From Lingula anatina (lineage: Eukaryota > Animalia > Brachiopoda), in assembly GCA_051362555.1 (NCBI GenBank), contig CM120644.1:20854534-20918533 (forward strand): a DNA stretch of 64,000 nucleotides. The letters are read 5' to 3'. The first letter of the stretch is position 1, and every line of letters starts with the position of its first letter. The translations under genes and the position numbers were made by a program. Shown here piece after piece: positions 1 to 13,141 of the stretch. The notes under the pieces were generated by a model. It did no database searches and was not told the origin of the DNA. It worked only from the letters and a program-made list of their open reading frames with translations.

Positions 1-3000
1 TTTCCTGAACATGGAAGAGTTTGTGAATGGTATGCACATACTGACGCGGGCCTCAATGGAACAGAAGAAAAGCTGTAAGTATAGGGCAAGGTTCATGCAG
101 ACGGGAGGCTAGCAAACATGTGTCTTTCTACTAATTTACATACATCAGTAACAAAACTGTCATCAGTCAAATGTCATTAAATTTCAAATTTTCAAGTGAA
201 TATCTTTTATTTTTCATATACTTCTAGATTGTTTTAAAGTCTATGACTTGAATGGTGATGGGATTATATCCAGAGAGGAGATGTTCCAGCTGCTGAAACC
301 CACCTTACTCAAGGTAACTACACTACATCACCTTACTCAAGGTAACTACACTACACCACCTTACTCAAGGTAACTACACTACATCACCTTACTCAAGGTA
401 ACCACACTACATCACCTTACTCAAGGTAACCACACTACACCACCTTACTCAAGGTAACCACACTACGCCACCTTACTCAAGGTAACCACACTACGCCACC
501 TTACTCAAGGTAACTACACTACATCACCTTACTCAAGGTAACCACACTACGCCACCTTACTCAAGGTAACCACACTACGCCACCTTACTCAAGGTAACCA
601 CACTACACCACCTTACTCAAGGTAACTACACTACATCACCTTACTCAAGGTAACTACACTACGCCACCTTACTCAAGGTAACCACACTACGCCACCTTAC
701 TCAAGGTAACTACACTACATCACCTTACTCAAGGTAACCACACTACACCACCTTACTCAAGGTAACCACACTACATCACCTTACTCAAGGTAACCACACT
801 ACACCACCTTACTCAAGGTAACCACACTACATCACCTTACTCAAGGTAACTACACTACATCACCTTACTCAAGGTAACCACACTACATCACCTTACTCAA
901 GGTAACCACACTACGCCACCTTACTCAAGGTAACCACACTACATCACCTTACTCAAGGTAACCACACTACGCCACCTTACTCAAGGTAACCACACTACAT
1001 CACCTTACTCAAGGTAACCACACTACGCCACCTTACTCAAGGTAACCACACTACATCACCTTACTCAAGGTAACCACACTACATCACCTTACTCAAGGTA
1101 ACCACACTACATCACCTTACTCAAGGTAACCACACTACGCCACCTTACTCAAGGTAACCACACTACGCCACCTTACTCAAGGTAACCACACTACGCCACC
1201 TTACTCAAGGTAACCACACTACGCCACCTTACTCAAGGTAACCACACTACGCCACCTTACTCAAGGTAACCACACTACGCCACCTTACTCAAGGTAACCA
1301 CACTACGCCACCTTACTCAAGGTAACTAAACTACGCCACCTTACTCAAAACTCTGCAAATGTTGTAAATTTCTGAAAATTTCAATTTACTTTTAATTTTT
1401 ATTCATTTTTGAATATAGTAATATTTAGATTTTATTACAAATTAAACAAGAAAATGCAAGTTGTACTGGCAGCATATTTATTCTATCTAAATCTAACTTT
1501 GTTTTACACTGCATTGTAATTGCATAAATGATTGTCATATTTTTTAGTCTATTTCAGTAGATATCTGATAATAATGTAACTATCTTTTCATATAAATAAA
1601 TAAAACAATGTTAACATATGCTTAAATATGCAAAAAAAAAAAATAGAAACAAAATAAAGCAAAAAAAAAAGTCACACGCCACACCAGGGCTCGAACCCGG
1701 GCCCTCCCACTTACAATACAGAGTGACCACTTTACCGCCTGAGCTTTGCAGCCTTTTCATCTTAAGTTAGGCACTAAAGGTTATTCGTGCCGAGTGCACA
1801 TCGTGTAAACATGCCTTTTGCGCACCACACGCATTCGTTGACCTGGGAATACATATAATTTTTCCTTTTCTGGCCACACTTTTACACTAATAACTGCAAA
1901 TTGAACATCTCAATGGCCTAAACGAAGCAACCGGATGACATATGATGCTTACATTTACCCCTTTATAACACCTACCTCGTCTCAGAAAATGATTTTCACA
2001 TCAAAAACGTCGAATTTGCGTGTTAGACCGGCCTATTAATGGCTGCCGTTCAGCGGCCTCTTCCATTTTAACCATGCATGTTACGGGCACACAAGCCATA
2101 TAACGCGGCAGCCTACTCGCACAACCATATGCTGCATTCCTAAACAGATTTGGGCAAATAAAGCATTACTCTGCAAATTCTTGCAGAGAATGAACATTTC
2201 AAGTTTTATTTTGTAGTTGCACATATAACAATTAACAGAGGTTACTGCAACATATAAGTTAGCTTTAATATGTGAAGTTTACATTTCCTACACCTCTAGA
2301 GTGATTTTCTTTGAATTTTTAACCAATACAACTTTAACAATTTCTGAAGGAATCTAAGTTCCAGGGAAGGATTGGGTCTTTTCTTCCATGGTCGCGCAAC
2401 TTTCTTCATTAGGATGATACACAGCTTCGAGCGGCCCACCTTTTAAAGAAGGGAGGGGCCAGTGGGGATGTTTCATGGTGAGGGACTTTACATCTGTCTT
2501 TCACTAAACATGATACGGCCCATTTGGTACTTGCTTGCGTTTTGTTTGGTATTCTGGTTGCCAAATTCTGAAAAAATTCAGAACTAGCTGATGGCTTCTC
2601 GAGCCTCTCCGGCTCATCTTTAATGTCAACTTTAAAGAGATTTTGCTTTAGAATTGCAATTGAGACAGAGAGACGTTGTTTTCCAATGTTACTTCTGCGT
2701 TATGTTACCTGCTGAATGGCACAGATAAGTGATGCAATAGGTGTGACCGCAAGTTACCGGACTCATTTCGCATGCCGCATTGCAACAAAGTGACAACCAT
2801 TCAGTTTAATTAGTCATTACCAGGGTTAATGAATCGTGCTCAGATAAAGCAACTGGCACCAATTATCTGCTTTATTTCTCGTAAAGCTCAGCGCCTCGTA
2901 CTTAGTCAAGGTAACTCACATCATCTTGACTACACTACACCACCTTACTCAAGGTAACTCACATCATCTTGACTACACTACACCACCTTACTCAAGGTAA

Positions 3001-3236
3001 CTCAGACACCTCATCTGAATACACTACACTATGCTCAGAGTCTTATACATTTTAATAAAAGTAAATATGTTGTTTTTGACTTGATAAAAATGATTATTAT
3101 TTGAATTTTTCAGAAACCAGTAGATTTATTTTAATTTTAAAATATTTAACAAGAAATAACTAAGTTAACTGAAAGTTTTAAGATTAGTAATGGCACTGTA
3201 ATAATAATACTAATACTTCACTAACTGCTTAAACTA

Positions 3237-3270
<34 letters not shown>

Positions 3271-4424
3271 TGTATGTCCTGGGTCTACTACAGCCACACC
3301 ACATTCACATTTAAAGTGCTAAATTCTTCTCTCTCTTCCCTGACATAGAGTAGTGGAGAGGAGGACCCAGATGAGGGGATCAAGGAATTGGTGGAAATTG
3401 TGCTGAAAAAGCTGGTATGTATACTGATATGCCTGCTTCAAAGCACTGTGCAATGGTTTATGCCTTAATTTAATCAGAACAACATTTCATTAAACATTGC
3501 ACCACAGCACTATTAAAGAAATTCGTAATTTGCATGCTTTGATTCGCATAAATATTTTCCTTACTTTCCTTTCTTTCTTTCTATATTGATTTTAATTGGT
3601 AAATATCTTTTTGCACTTTTATACTAATGTATATTTTTATCTTAATTATCTGTAATTCCACCGTGCAGGATATGGACCATGACAGCAAAGTGTCTCTGGA
3701 AGATTTTGTGTCTTGTTTGGACAGGGAACCCTTGCTACTGGAGTGCCTGGGCCCCATTTTACCCGACCATACGGTAGGTTTTTTCAATCACAATTAAAAT
3801 AATATAAAATTGATGATATAATGTAAGAGATACCAGAACTAGAAAAATTAGACATTGTAACTTATTTTTAAAATCAATTTTCTATAAGATATATAATCGT
3901 TTTACAACATTCACAAGGTTCACAGCATATTTATCAGCTTAATTGCTTAAATTTTTTCATAGTAATATTTTTATTTTTATCCATGTAATGCTATTGCTGT
4001 TAAATGCCATATAGCTCTAATTGCTTCATAGGCAAGTTTTATGAATGACATTTAAATGATCCATATATATAGAACTTTATGAGACTTGAGTGTAAAATAA
4101 AGACAGGATAATTATAGTTTGTTTTTTTTAAATTCTCATAGCTTGTGCGATAGTTTCACTTTGTACCAGTTGACATTTTAGGAGAAGGCAGGCCATCAAT
4201 TCCCAACAATGGAAATGGAATCAGATATTTGAATTGGAATTGGTGACCTTGGCTTGCTTTTCAAGCTAGGTTACAGATTTGTTGTATCATGGAATGAGCT
4301 TATGGACCTGTCTATCTACCTACACTTACTGCACTTATACTTTGCATCTATAATTCTAATGGGTTTCCTTTCCTTTCAGCATATCACTCGATTTGAAGAA
4401 AAAATGTTTGGCCAGAGCTGTTAG
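1..4424 (+). CDS. EFCAB1: Calaxin / EF-hand calcium-binding domain protein 1-like, 5'-truncated by the window edge (last 5 coding exons)
   Basis: GT-AG exons <1-74, 228-313, 3349-3414, 3669-3773 and 4380-4424 join in frame: FLNMEEFVNGMHILTRASMEQKKS-YCFKVYDLNGDGIISREEMFQLLKPTLLK-SSGEEDPDEGIKELVEIVLKKL-DMDHDSKVSLEDFVSCLDREPLLLECLGPILPDHT-HITRFEEKMFGQSC*. Two EF-hand loops plus the EEDPDEGIKxLVEIxLKK and LLLExxGPxLPD motifs recalled from EFCAB1/calaxin. AATAAA at 4550 and 4861. Confidence 0.9.
301..1348 (+). repeat. 28-bp minisatellite (37 full units) built from the exon 3' end and splice donor of the EFCAB1-like gene
   Basis: Unit CACCTTACTCAAG|GTAAC(C/T)ACACTAC(GC/AT/AC); the first unit straddles the real donor at 313/314; the period is 28 from 301 to 1337. 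Confidence 0.97.
1677..1753 (-). pseudogene. tRNA-like sequence (tRNA pseudogene or SINE head)
   Basis: Minus strand GGCTGCAAAGCTCAGGCGGTAAAG...GGGTTCGAGCCCTGGTGTGGC: A-box-like and B-box motifs, pairable acceptor and T stems, followed by T10 (1661-1670). The anticodon loop is oversized (CTGTATTGTA). Confidence 0.6.
2901..3002 (+). repeat. 43-bp variant of the EFCAB1 donor repeat (3 donor copies)
   Basis: TCAAG|GTAACTC with donors after 2910, 2953 and 2996; equals the 28-bp unit plus a 15-bp insert. Confidence 0.85.
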
Positions 4425-4917
4425 AGTGGGACTTCTCTGTACAGACTCTTTGAAAGAACTCTTTACAAATACAGTAAACCAAACACAATGACAACATAAA
4501 TGAAGAACTTGTGTATATATATATCTGCCAGCATCAGTGATATGTATGGAATAAACAAAGCTGTAAGGTTTGGTCTTATTCAAAATGCAGGTGTCATTTA
4601 TATTTTCAAATGTCATTTCTCTTCCAATATTCATCTAAGTCCATGTCTCACTGCATCAACTTGACTTAAAATAATGATATCAGCAGCTTTTAACAGGACA
4701 TCATGTGTACATATTATATTATATTCTATACGAAGTGAGAGGAAGATTCCCATCAGGAATGAGATCTCCATTCTCTTGTGTCAAACATTCCCTAATAGAT
4801 GTCAGTTGCTAATGTGGGTTTGGTTTGTGATAGATGTGTACAAATGTATATATTCTCTGAAATAAACTGTGTGACAAATGCTTCCGTCTTATGTCTTACG
4901 GGATATTGGTAACTTCA

Positions 4918-5085
4918 CATCCCTGGGCTCAGTGTAGTTTTTGACAGAGCTTATCCCTGGGATGTGTGATCCCTGACAGAGCTCATCCCTGGGCTCAGTG
5001 TGATCCCTGACAGAGCTCATCCCTGGGCTCAGTGTGATCCCTGACAGAGCTCATCCCTGGGCTCAGTGTGATCCCTGACAGAGCT
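4918..5085 (+). repeat. 34-bp minisatellite, about 5 copies
   Basis: Unit TCATCCCTGGGCTCAGTGTGATCCCTGACAGAGC, just downstream of the AATAAA at 4861. Confidence 0.9.
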
Positions 5086-5217
5086 CTTTAAAATGTTGAC
5101 AAAATTACATTGATAAAAATTGTTATAAAATTATCTGTTTTTAAGTTTTAATATTTCACAAGTTTCCTTCTCCATTTTAAAAATGAAGCAAAAAATGAGA
5201 AACTGATTCCGAATTAA

Positions 5218-6706
5218 CCCCAAAGAGCCTGACAGCATCCGACCTAGGAAGTGCTCTTGGTCTTGAGCCCTCTACCCGGATGCACTCAATTTTACAGGCC
5301 ACCTCATTTAATCAATGATAATGTATTCATTTGTCTAGAAAACACCTAAGAACTGTACATTTTGAGAAAGCCAAGAATGTAAGCTTTAAAGTCACATTAG
5401 TTTTATTCACATTTGGTTACATAGGTAGAAATAGCAGGAGTTTAAATATGAGACTTGATTTCATCGAAGAGAAGTAAAAAACAAAATTTTAATTTCAGCA
5501 TGCACATTCTTTTTCACTTTACCAAATAATTTGTTGAAACTTTCTCATAAACATCCGAATTATATTTTAAACAATGTCAGAAAATTTCAGAAAGTTATCT
5601 TATTTAGTTTTTGAGATATAATAAATTTCCTGGGATGCATGCTGTACCTAAAAACCTGCATCATGTCAGAGAGTTGCACAATATACAGGCAGGCTAGCTG
5701 ACTAAAAGACTTCCACCTATTTACTTTTATAATTACAAATAGATTGTAAATCAAGTGCCTTTTTCAATAGTTTTTCATAGTTTTTTATTTACCAACTAAA
5801 CCGGGATTCTCATAAAATTTTGTTTTGCACTCAAATCATATACAAGAATACAAACATTGTCATGAGAAAATATTACACATTCGTGAACAAAAATTGCATC
5901 ATAAATATACAAGTAAACGTGGCATTTGTACTAATACACAAGCAGGAAAAGACATGTTGATACAGCGCAATAGTAAACATATTACATCTGTATTTATACA
6001 CAAGCAGGAAAAGACATATGTTGATGCAGCACACAAGTAAACATATGTCATTTGTACTTATACATAAGCAGGAAAAAACATGTTGATGCAGTACAACGTA
6101 ACACATGACATTTGTATTTATGCACAAGCAGGAAAAGACATGTTGATGCAGCACACAAGGCAAAATTTTGGCCCGATTTGCCACAGAAATGGTTAAAGTC
6201 ATTTTATCAGCAATATCCCCATTCCAATCACTTTTGTCGTCTGCTTGGTAACTGCTGTTAATATCATCAGAGTTTTTCATAAATCAAGCCCCACGTCCGA
6301 ATCTGCTCTTCGACAACTCATACTAGCCAGATATACATCATCTTTGCTGTTATCGGAGTATCAAAATCTATCAAGGACTCTTTCCCGGTGTCTGAATTTT
6401 CTAAAAAAATCTAGAACATTTCTCACCCCATAAATTCTGCTGACTTCTCGCCGCCATTTTGACTTCTTAGCACCTCGCCAATGGTTGAAATAAATTGCTT
6501 TTTCATTATTCAATTCTTGCCACATGTCTTTAAAAAGCCGAAGCAAACAAAAAACTAACATTGAGTTAGTCTTGTGACAGAAGCATGAAATGTTACAAAC
6601 GACAGGGGACAGTACGCAGCAAACACAGCAACCATGTATTTGCGGTTCCCGGCACTGAGGACTTTTCAAAATGAACCGCATATGTGCGGTTCCCGGCGCT
6701 ATGGGG
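5218..6706. mobile_element. Non-autonomous piggyBac-like DNA transposon (about 1.5 kb)
   Basis: TTAA at 5214-5217 and 6707-6710; termini CCCCAAAGAGCC / GGCGCTATGGGG (imperfect TIR); subterminal TGCGGTTCCCGGC twice; internal ~62-bp tandem repeats at ~5920-6160. TTAA-CCC...GGG-TTAA is the piggyBac signature. No transposase ORF. Confidence 0.75.
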
Positions 6707-6824
6707 TTAATATTTCCAAAATGGTAATTACAGCTAGAACTTATCTAGATCTTCTAGCAGTTTTCTATAGGATATAGTGATAAAGTGAAAACCTTTTGCT
6801 ACATAAAGGTCAGATGCTCATCAC

Positions 6825-7367
6825 CAGGCCTACCCAACTACCAGACTCGGCACCTAAGGATCCTGAATTAACCGGTATATCGGACCACATTTTCAAGGTG
6901 TGTGTCAGATCGCATTTCGGAGTATTAGCCAGAACACCGACAGGATGAGCCCTGGCATGCTCGGCTGTCACCTTGATTGGATAGTAAACGATTGTCGTAA
7001 AATCGCTATATGATTTTAAAATCGGGTGCAAAATTTTGAAAGCCACCTAGATGAACCTTAGACTGCCACATTAATCTAATACAATGCAAAAAAGCCCTAT
7101 CAAAAGTGGTTAAACATTCAAACCGAATGTCGTAAAGTCCCCATATATCCCCATAGAGACAATAAAATAGAGTACTCTAAAGTAAGAGTACAGTTTAAGG
7201 TTGTTCAGCCGAGCGTGGATGAGCCCGCAGTCGTGCAACAAAATTTGTTCTGGGGTATGATACTCCGAAATGCGATCTGACACACACCTTGAAAATGGGT
7301 AGCGTGGTCCGATATACCGGTTAATTCAGGATCCTTAGGTGCCGAGTCTGGTAGTTGGGTAGGCCTG
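6825..7367. mobile_element. MITE with ~100-bp terminal inverted repeats and 5-bp TSD
   Basis: 6825-6925 is the reverse complement of ~7260-7367 apart from one short indel; ATCAC flanks both ends (6820-6824, 7368-7372); CAGG...CCTG termini. Confidence 0.9.
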
Positions 7368-7455
7368 ATCACAGTCCTATCAGCAAACTACATTTACTGT
7401 GAAAGACTTGACTGCTGTTCATCTTGATGACAGTGGTACTGTTTCTAGTGAGGTC

Positions 7456-9906
<2,451 letters not shown>

Positions 9907-10797
9907 GGTGCTAGTAGCTACTTATCTGTAAATAACTAGTACCATAGAAAACAAAATAAATTTATCTTGTGCCATAATATCTGAAAAGATAAATTAAGCT
10001 TTTTCATACTCATATTCACTTAAGTTCCAAATCAAAAGGATTTTTCCTATCTAAGAGATGATGTTTTATCAAACCCATATAAATTGTACACAATTAAGTC
10101 AGTGTAATCACAAATTGTGTTTAGGAGCTGATAGCAGCTGTGATTTTGGCCTATTGAATTTCATACTGGCTGAACATTTTTTTTTTCAGTTAAAATTTTT
10201 AAGAACTTCAATTCTTTTCTCTCCCAATTTTAGTCTTTATAATTAAAATAATCTTACAATAGTCCTTTGATAAAAAGGAACTGTAATAAAATGAGAAACA
10301 GAAAAGGGTAGGTCTCCCTTTAACACTAGTCATTTTCATATATAAGAGTTACCTTCATATTAGGCCATCACAGTTCCAATGTCATTTATAGGTAGTCTTT
10401 GTGTTCCAATTGTCATCAAATGAGGACTGTAAAATGAGACATTTTACAGTATGTTTTTTATTTCCCCTACAATAATTAGCATTGTTTACCGTCACATTTA
10501 TAATGCAGTCTTTGTCACGCACATATATATGATAAGTCAAATCGGATATCATATGCATTTTCATTTGGTCAATAAAATTTTTAAAGTTATAAATAGACAG
10601 CATACTGTACATACTGAGTACACTGTAATAAATAGACAGCATACTGTACATACACTGTGATATGTCTGCTTGCACGAACAATTGCCAAAATAATTTATTC
10701 GAATAGCAAAGGTACTAAACAAAGTTACCACGTAACTTTTTTAATTAAGAGCAGGAGACTTAGATCTAAACTGGTTGGGGGTGGAACGCATAAATAC

Positions 10798-11048
10798 CTT
10801 TCTTTCTGTTTTGTATTCCTGGATGGGGAATCCAAACCTCGCTTTCACTATCAAGACAGGACACTTTCGTGGCGTACAGACATCCGGTGAGCTGCATGAA
10901 ATCCCACTTGGCCTCGTGAAATCGTGATTGCACAACCGGATACGGTGTTCATTTTTGTGGCAACAGTTCTGTTCTTATAAGACTCAGCATACCTGCGAGT
11001 TTAATCAGTTTTACAAGAATTCAAAACAGATTGTATAACACGCGGAAA
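10798..11048. promoter_or_regulatory. Putative bidirectional promoter with non-coding first exons of C2orf76-like (-) and NFX1 (+)
   Basis: Locally CpG-rich; candidate donors on minus (AAG|GTATTT at 10798/10797) and plus (AA|GTAAGT at 11048/11049). Both ATG-containing exons are preceded by acceptors (9926-9928 on minus; 11266 on plus), so upstream exons are required. TSS positions are not determinable. Confidence 0.55.
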
Positions 11049-11354
11049 GTAAGTGAAACGTCAACAGTTTGCCGTCAACGTATTGTTTTAAGCATCAAAA
11101 GCTAGAAAATTAACTTAGTAATTTTTAATGCTTGCAAGAATGTCAAAGTTTAATGTTCTTTTGAAAATATTTATTAGATCAGTTGAAATGCGATGCGCAT
11201 ATACAATTTTGAAGTCAACTGTTAACGTTATATTTACTTGACCTTTACCCTCTTCCGTCTTCACAGATCATAGAGGTATTTACGGTATTTACCAGTACCA
11301 GTCACAAGTTCAAATAAGAGGGAGAAAGAGAGATAAAAGATAGAAGTTTGTCCT

Positions 11355-13104
11355 ATGGAACCAGGCTGGCCACAAGATTTTCAACAATCACATCAGAGAA
11401 GTAAGGGAGGTTTACGAGTCACTGCACAAATGGTGTCAGAGGACCCACTTTGTGCACCTTATTAATAAAAGAACACCTTTCTCACCTTGACTGGTTATGA
11501 TTACTGAACCAGAATCATCAGAAAAGAAGACTATAGAATGCCACACCACTCCACCATAATGAAAAATAGTAAAACCTAATTGCAGTTGTTAAAAAATTTT
11601 AATGAATTTAATTAATTCACCTTATTTAGGCTGTAGAAAACTAAAAGCTACATGTATAACATTGTTCATTGTTCACTTGTATAACATAAGTTACCGAAAA
11701 AAAAAACTTTGACCATGCACAATAAAATTTCAAATAAAATTAGAAAAAGCCATCAGACCAGTTCTACCTAACTTACCTTACAATATAAACATAAACTTAT
11801 TTCTGTTATTAAGTATTTTAATTATTAAAACTTACACTTATACTGTTACATAAACTCCAATTTTATAGACACATTCTGTGTTAAATGTAATACAAACTCA
11901 ACAAAGAGTAATATTTCCATTTAGGTTTTTATTTTAAACTTTAGATTTTGCAGTTTCTCGTTGATGATAAAAGTAAGTTTAAAGCAGCTCTTGGTTTTTT
12001 TATTATTTGATATAGATACCCTAGTAGGCTAGTACTGATGCTAGAGTCTTTTCATGTTTCACATATCGTAGAAAACTTCAAAATTGATATATATTTCTGT
12101 TCTGTAACTTCAATAGGAATCAAGTTCATGTACAGGGTAGAAGTCAAATGTTGTGTTATCTTTCAGCATTTCCTGGATCACCAGTTGTATTAAGTGTGCC
12201 CCACTGGCAGTACTTCCCACCAATGCAGGCTGAGTCACACTATCACAGTCACCATAGTCAGCTGATCGGCAGTCAGCCAAGGTTCAGGGGTCAAGGTGGG
12301 GCAATATTTAGAGGACAAGGTCAGAGGTCATATGGAGGTCAAAGCCAAAATAGGCAAATAGACTTGTCAGATGAAGCACAGATAAATAACACCAACCAGT
12401 TTGATCAGAGGGATGTCAGTCGTCAGGCTGGCTATAGAGGAAGAGGAAAGAGAGGCAAAGGACGAGGGGGGAGTGCAGCTGGGTCAAGGTTGGAGCAGGG
12501 CTTCCAGGGAAGATATGACGAAACCCGGAGAAGTGAACAGAATGTGAGTGGAGGTGCACGGCCTAAGTCATCAAAAGCAAGGGGTGGCAGAAATAGATAC
12601 AAGGGCTATAGTGACAGTGCAGCAGTCAGGGGACACAATTTTGACAAGGAACAAAGAAAAGATAGGGCAGTTCGTTCAGATGACCCTCAAGTTGGTGATG
12701 TATATGAAGAAAGTAGTAGAGAAACATCCACAGATAAAGGTGGATTACGAAAGTCAGATCAGTCTCTGCAAAATGATATTAATTTAAGTGATACACAGGG
12801 GAAGCAAATGGGATTGAAAGCAAAAAGTAACAAAAACCAAGAAGAAAACAATGGACCACGAAAGAAAGGCAATAAATCCACCAAGACTGGTTTGAAGGGA
12901 AAACCAGTAAATGATGAAAATCAAAGAGGTAAACAAAATAAACTTAAATCTGAATTCATAAAGATTGATTAAAACATTTGACATTCCCCTTTAGCTGTTA
13001 GCTATTAAAAAAGATCAGTTTATTAGGAACATTGCTCGTATAAGTAACAGTTATATAATTGTTACTCCTACAGCATTTGTTTCACATTAGCTTGTAGGCA
13101 GTTT

Positions 13105-13141
<37 letters not shown>

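Noticed and set aside
1677-1753. Functional tRNA gene
   Set aside because: Oversized anticodon loop and weak D-stem; recorded as tRNA-like only.
5873-6681. piggyBac transposase in the 135-aa and 106-aa ORFs
   Set aside because: No DDD catalytic motifs; the 135-aa ORF runs through a 62-bp repeat. At most an acidic N-terminal remnant.
12148-12972. Stand-alone 274-aa gene from the ORF track
   Set aside because: It is NFX1 coding exon 2 (12167-12928) bounded by AG/GT; the ATG at 12148 is intronic.
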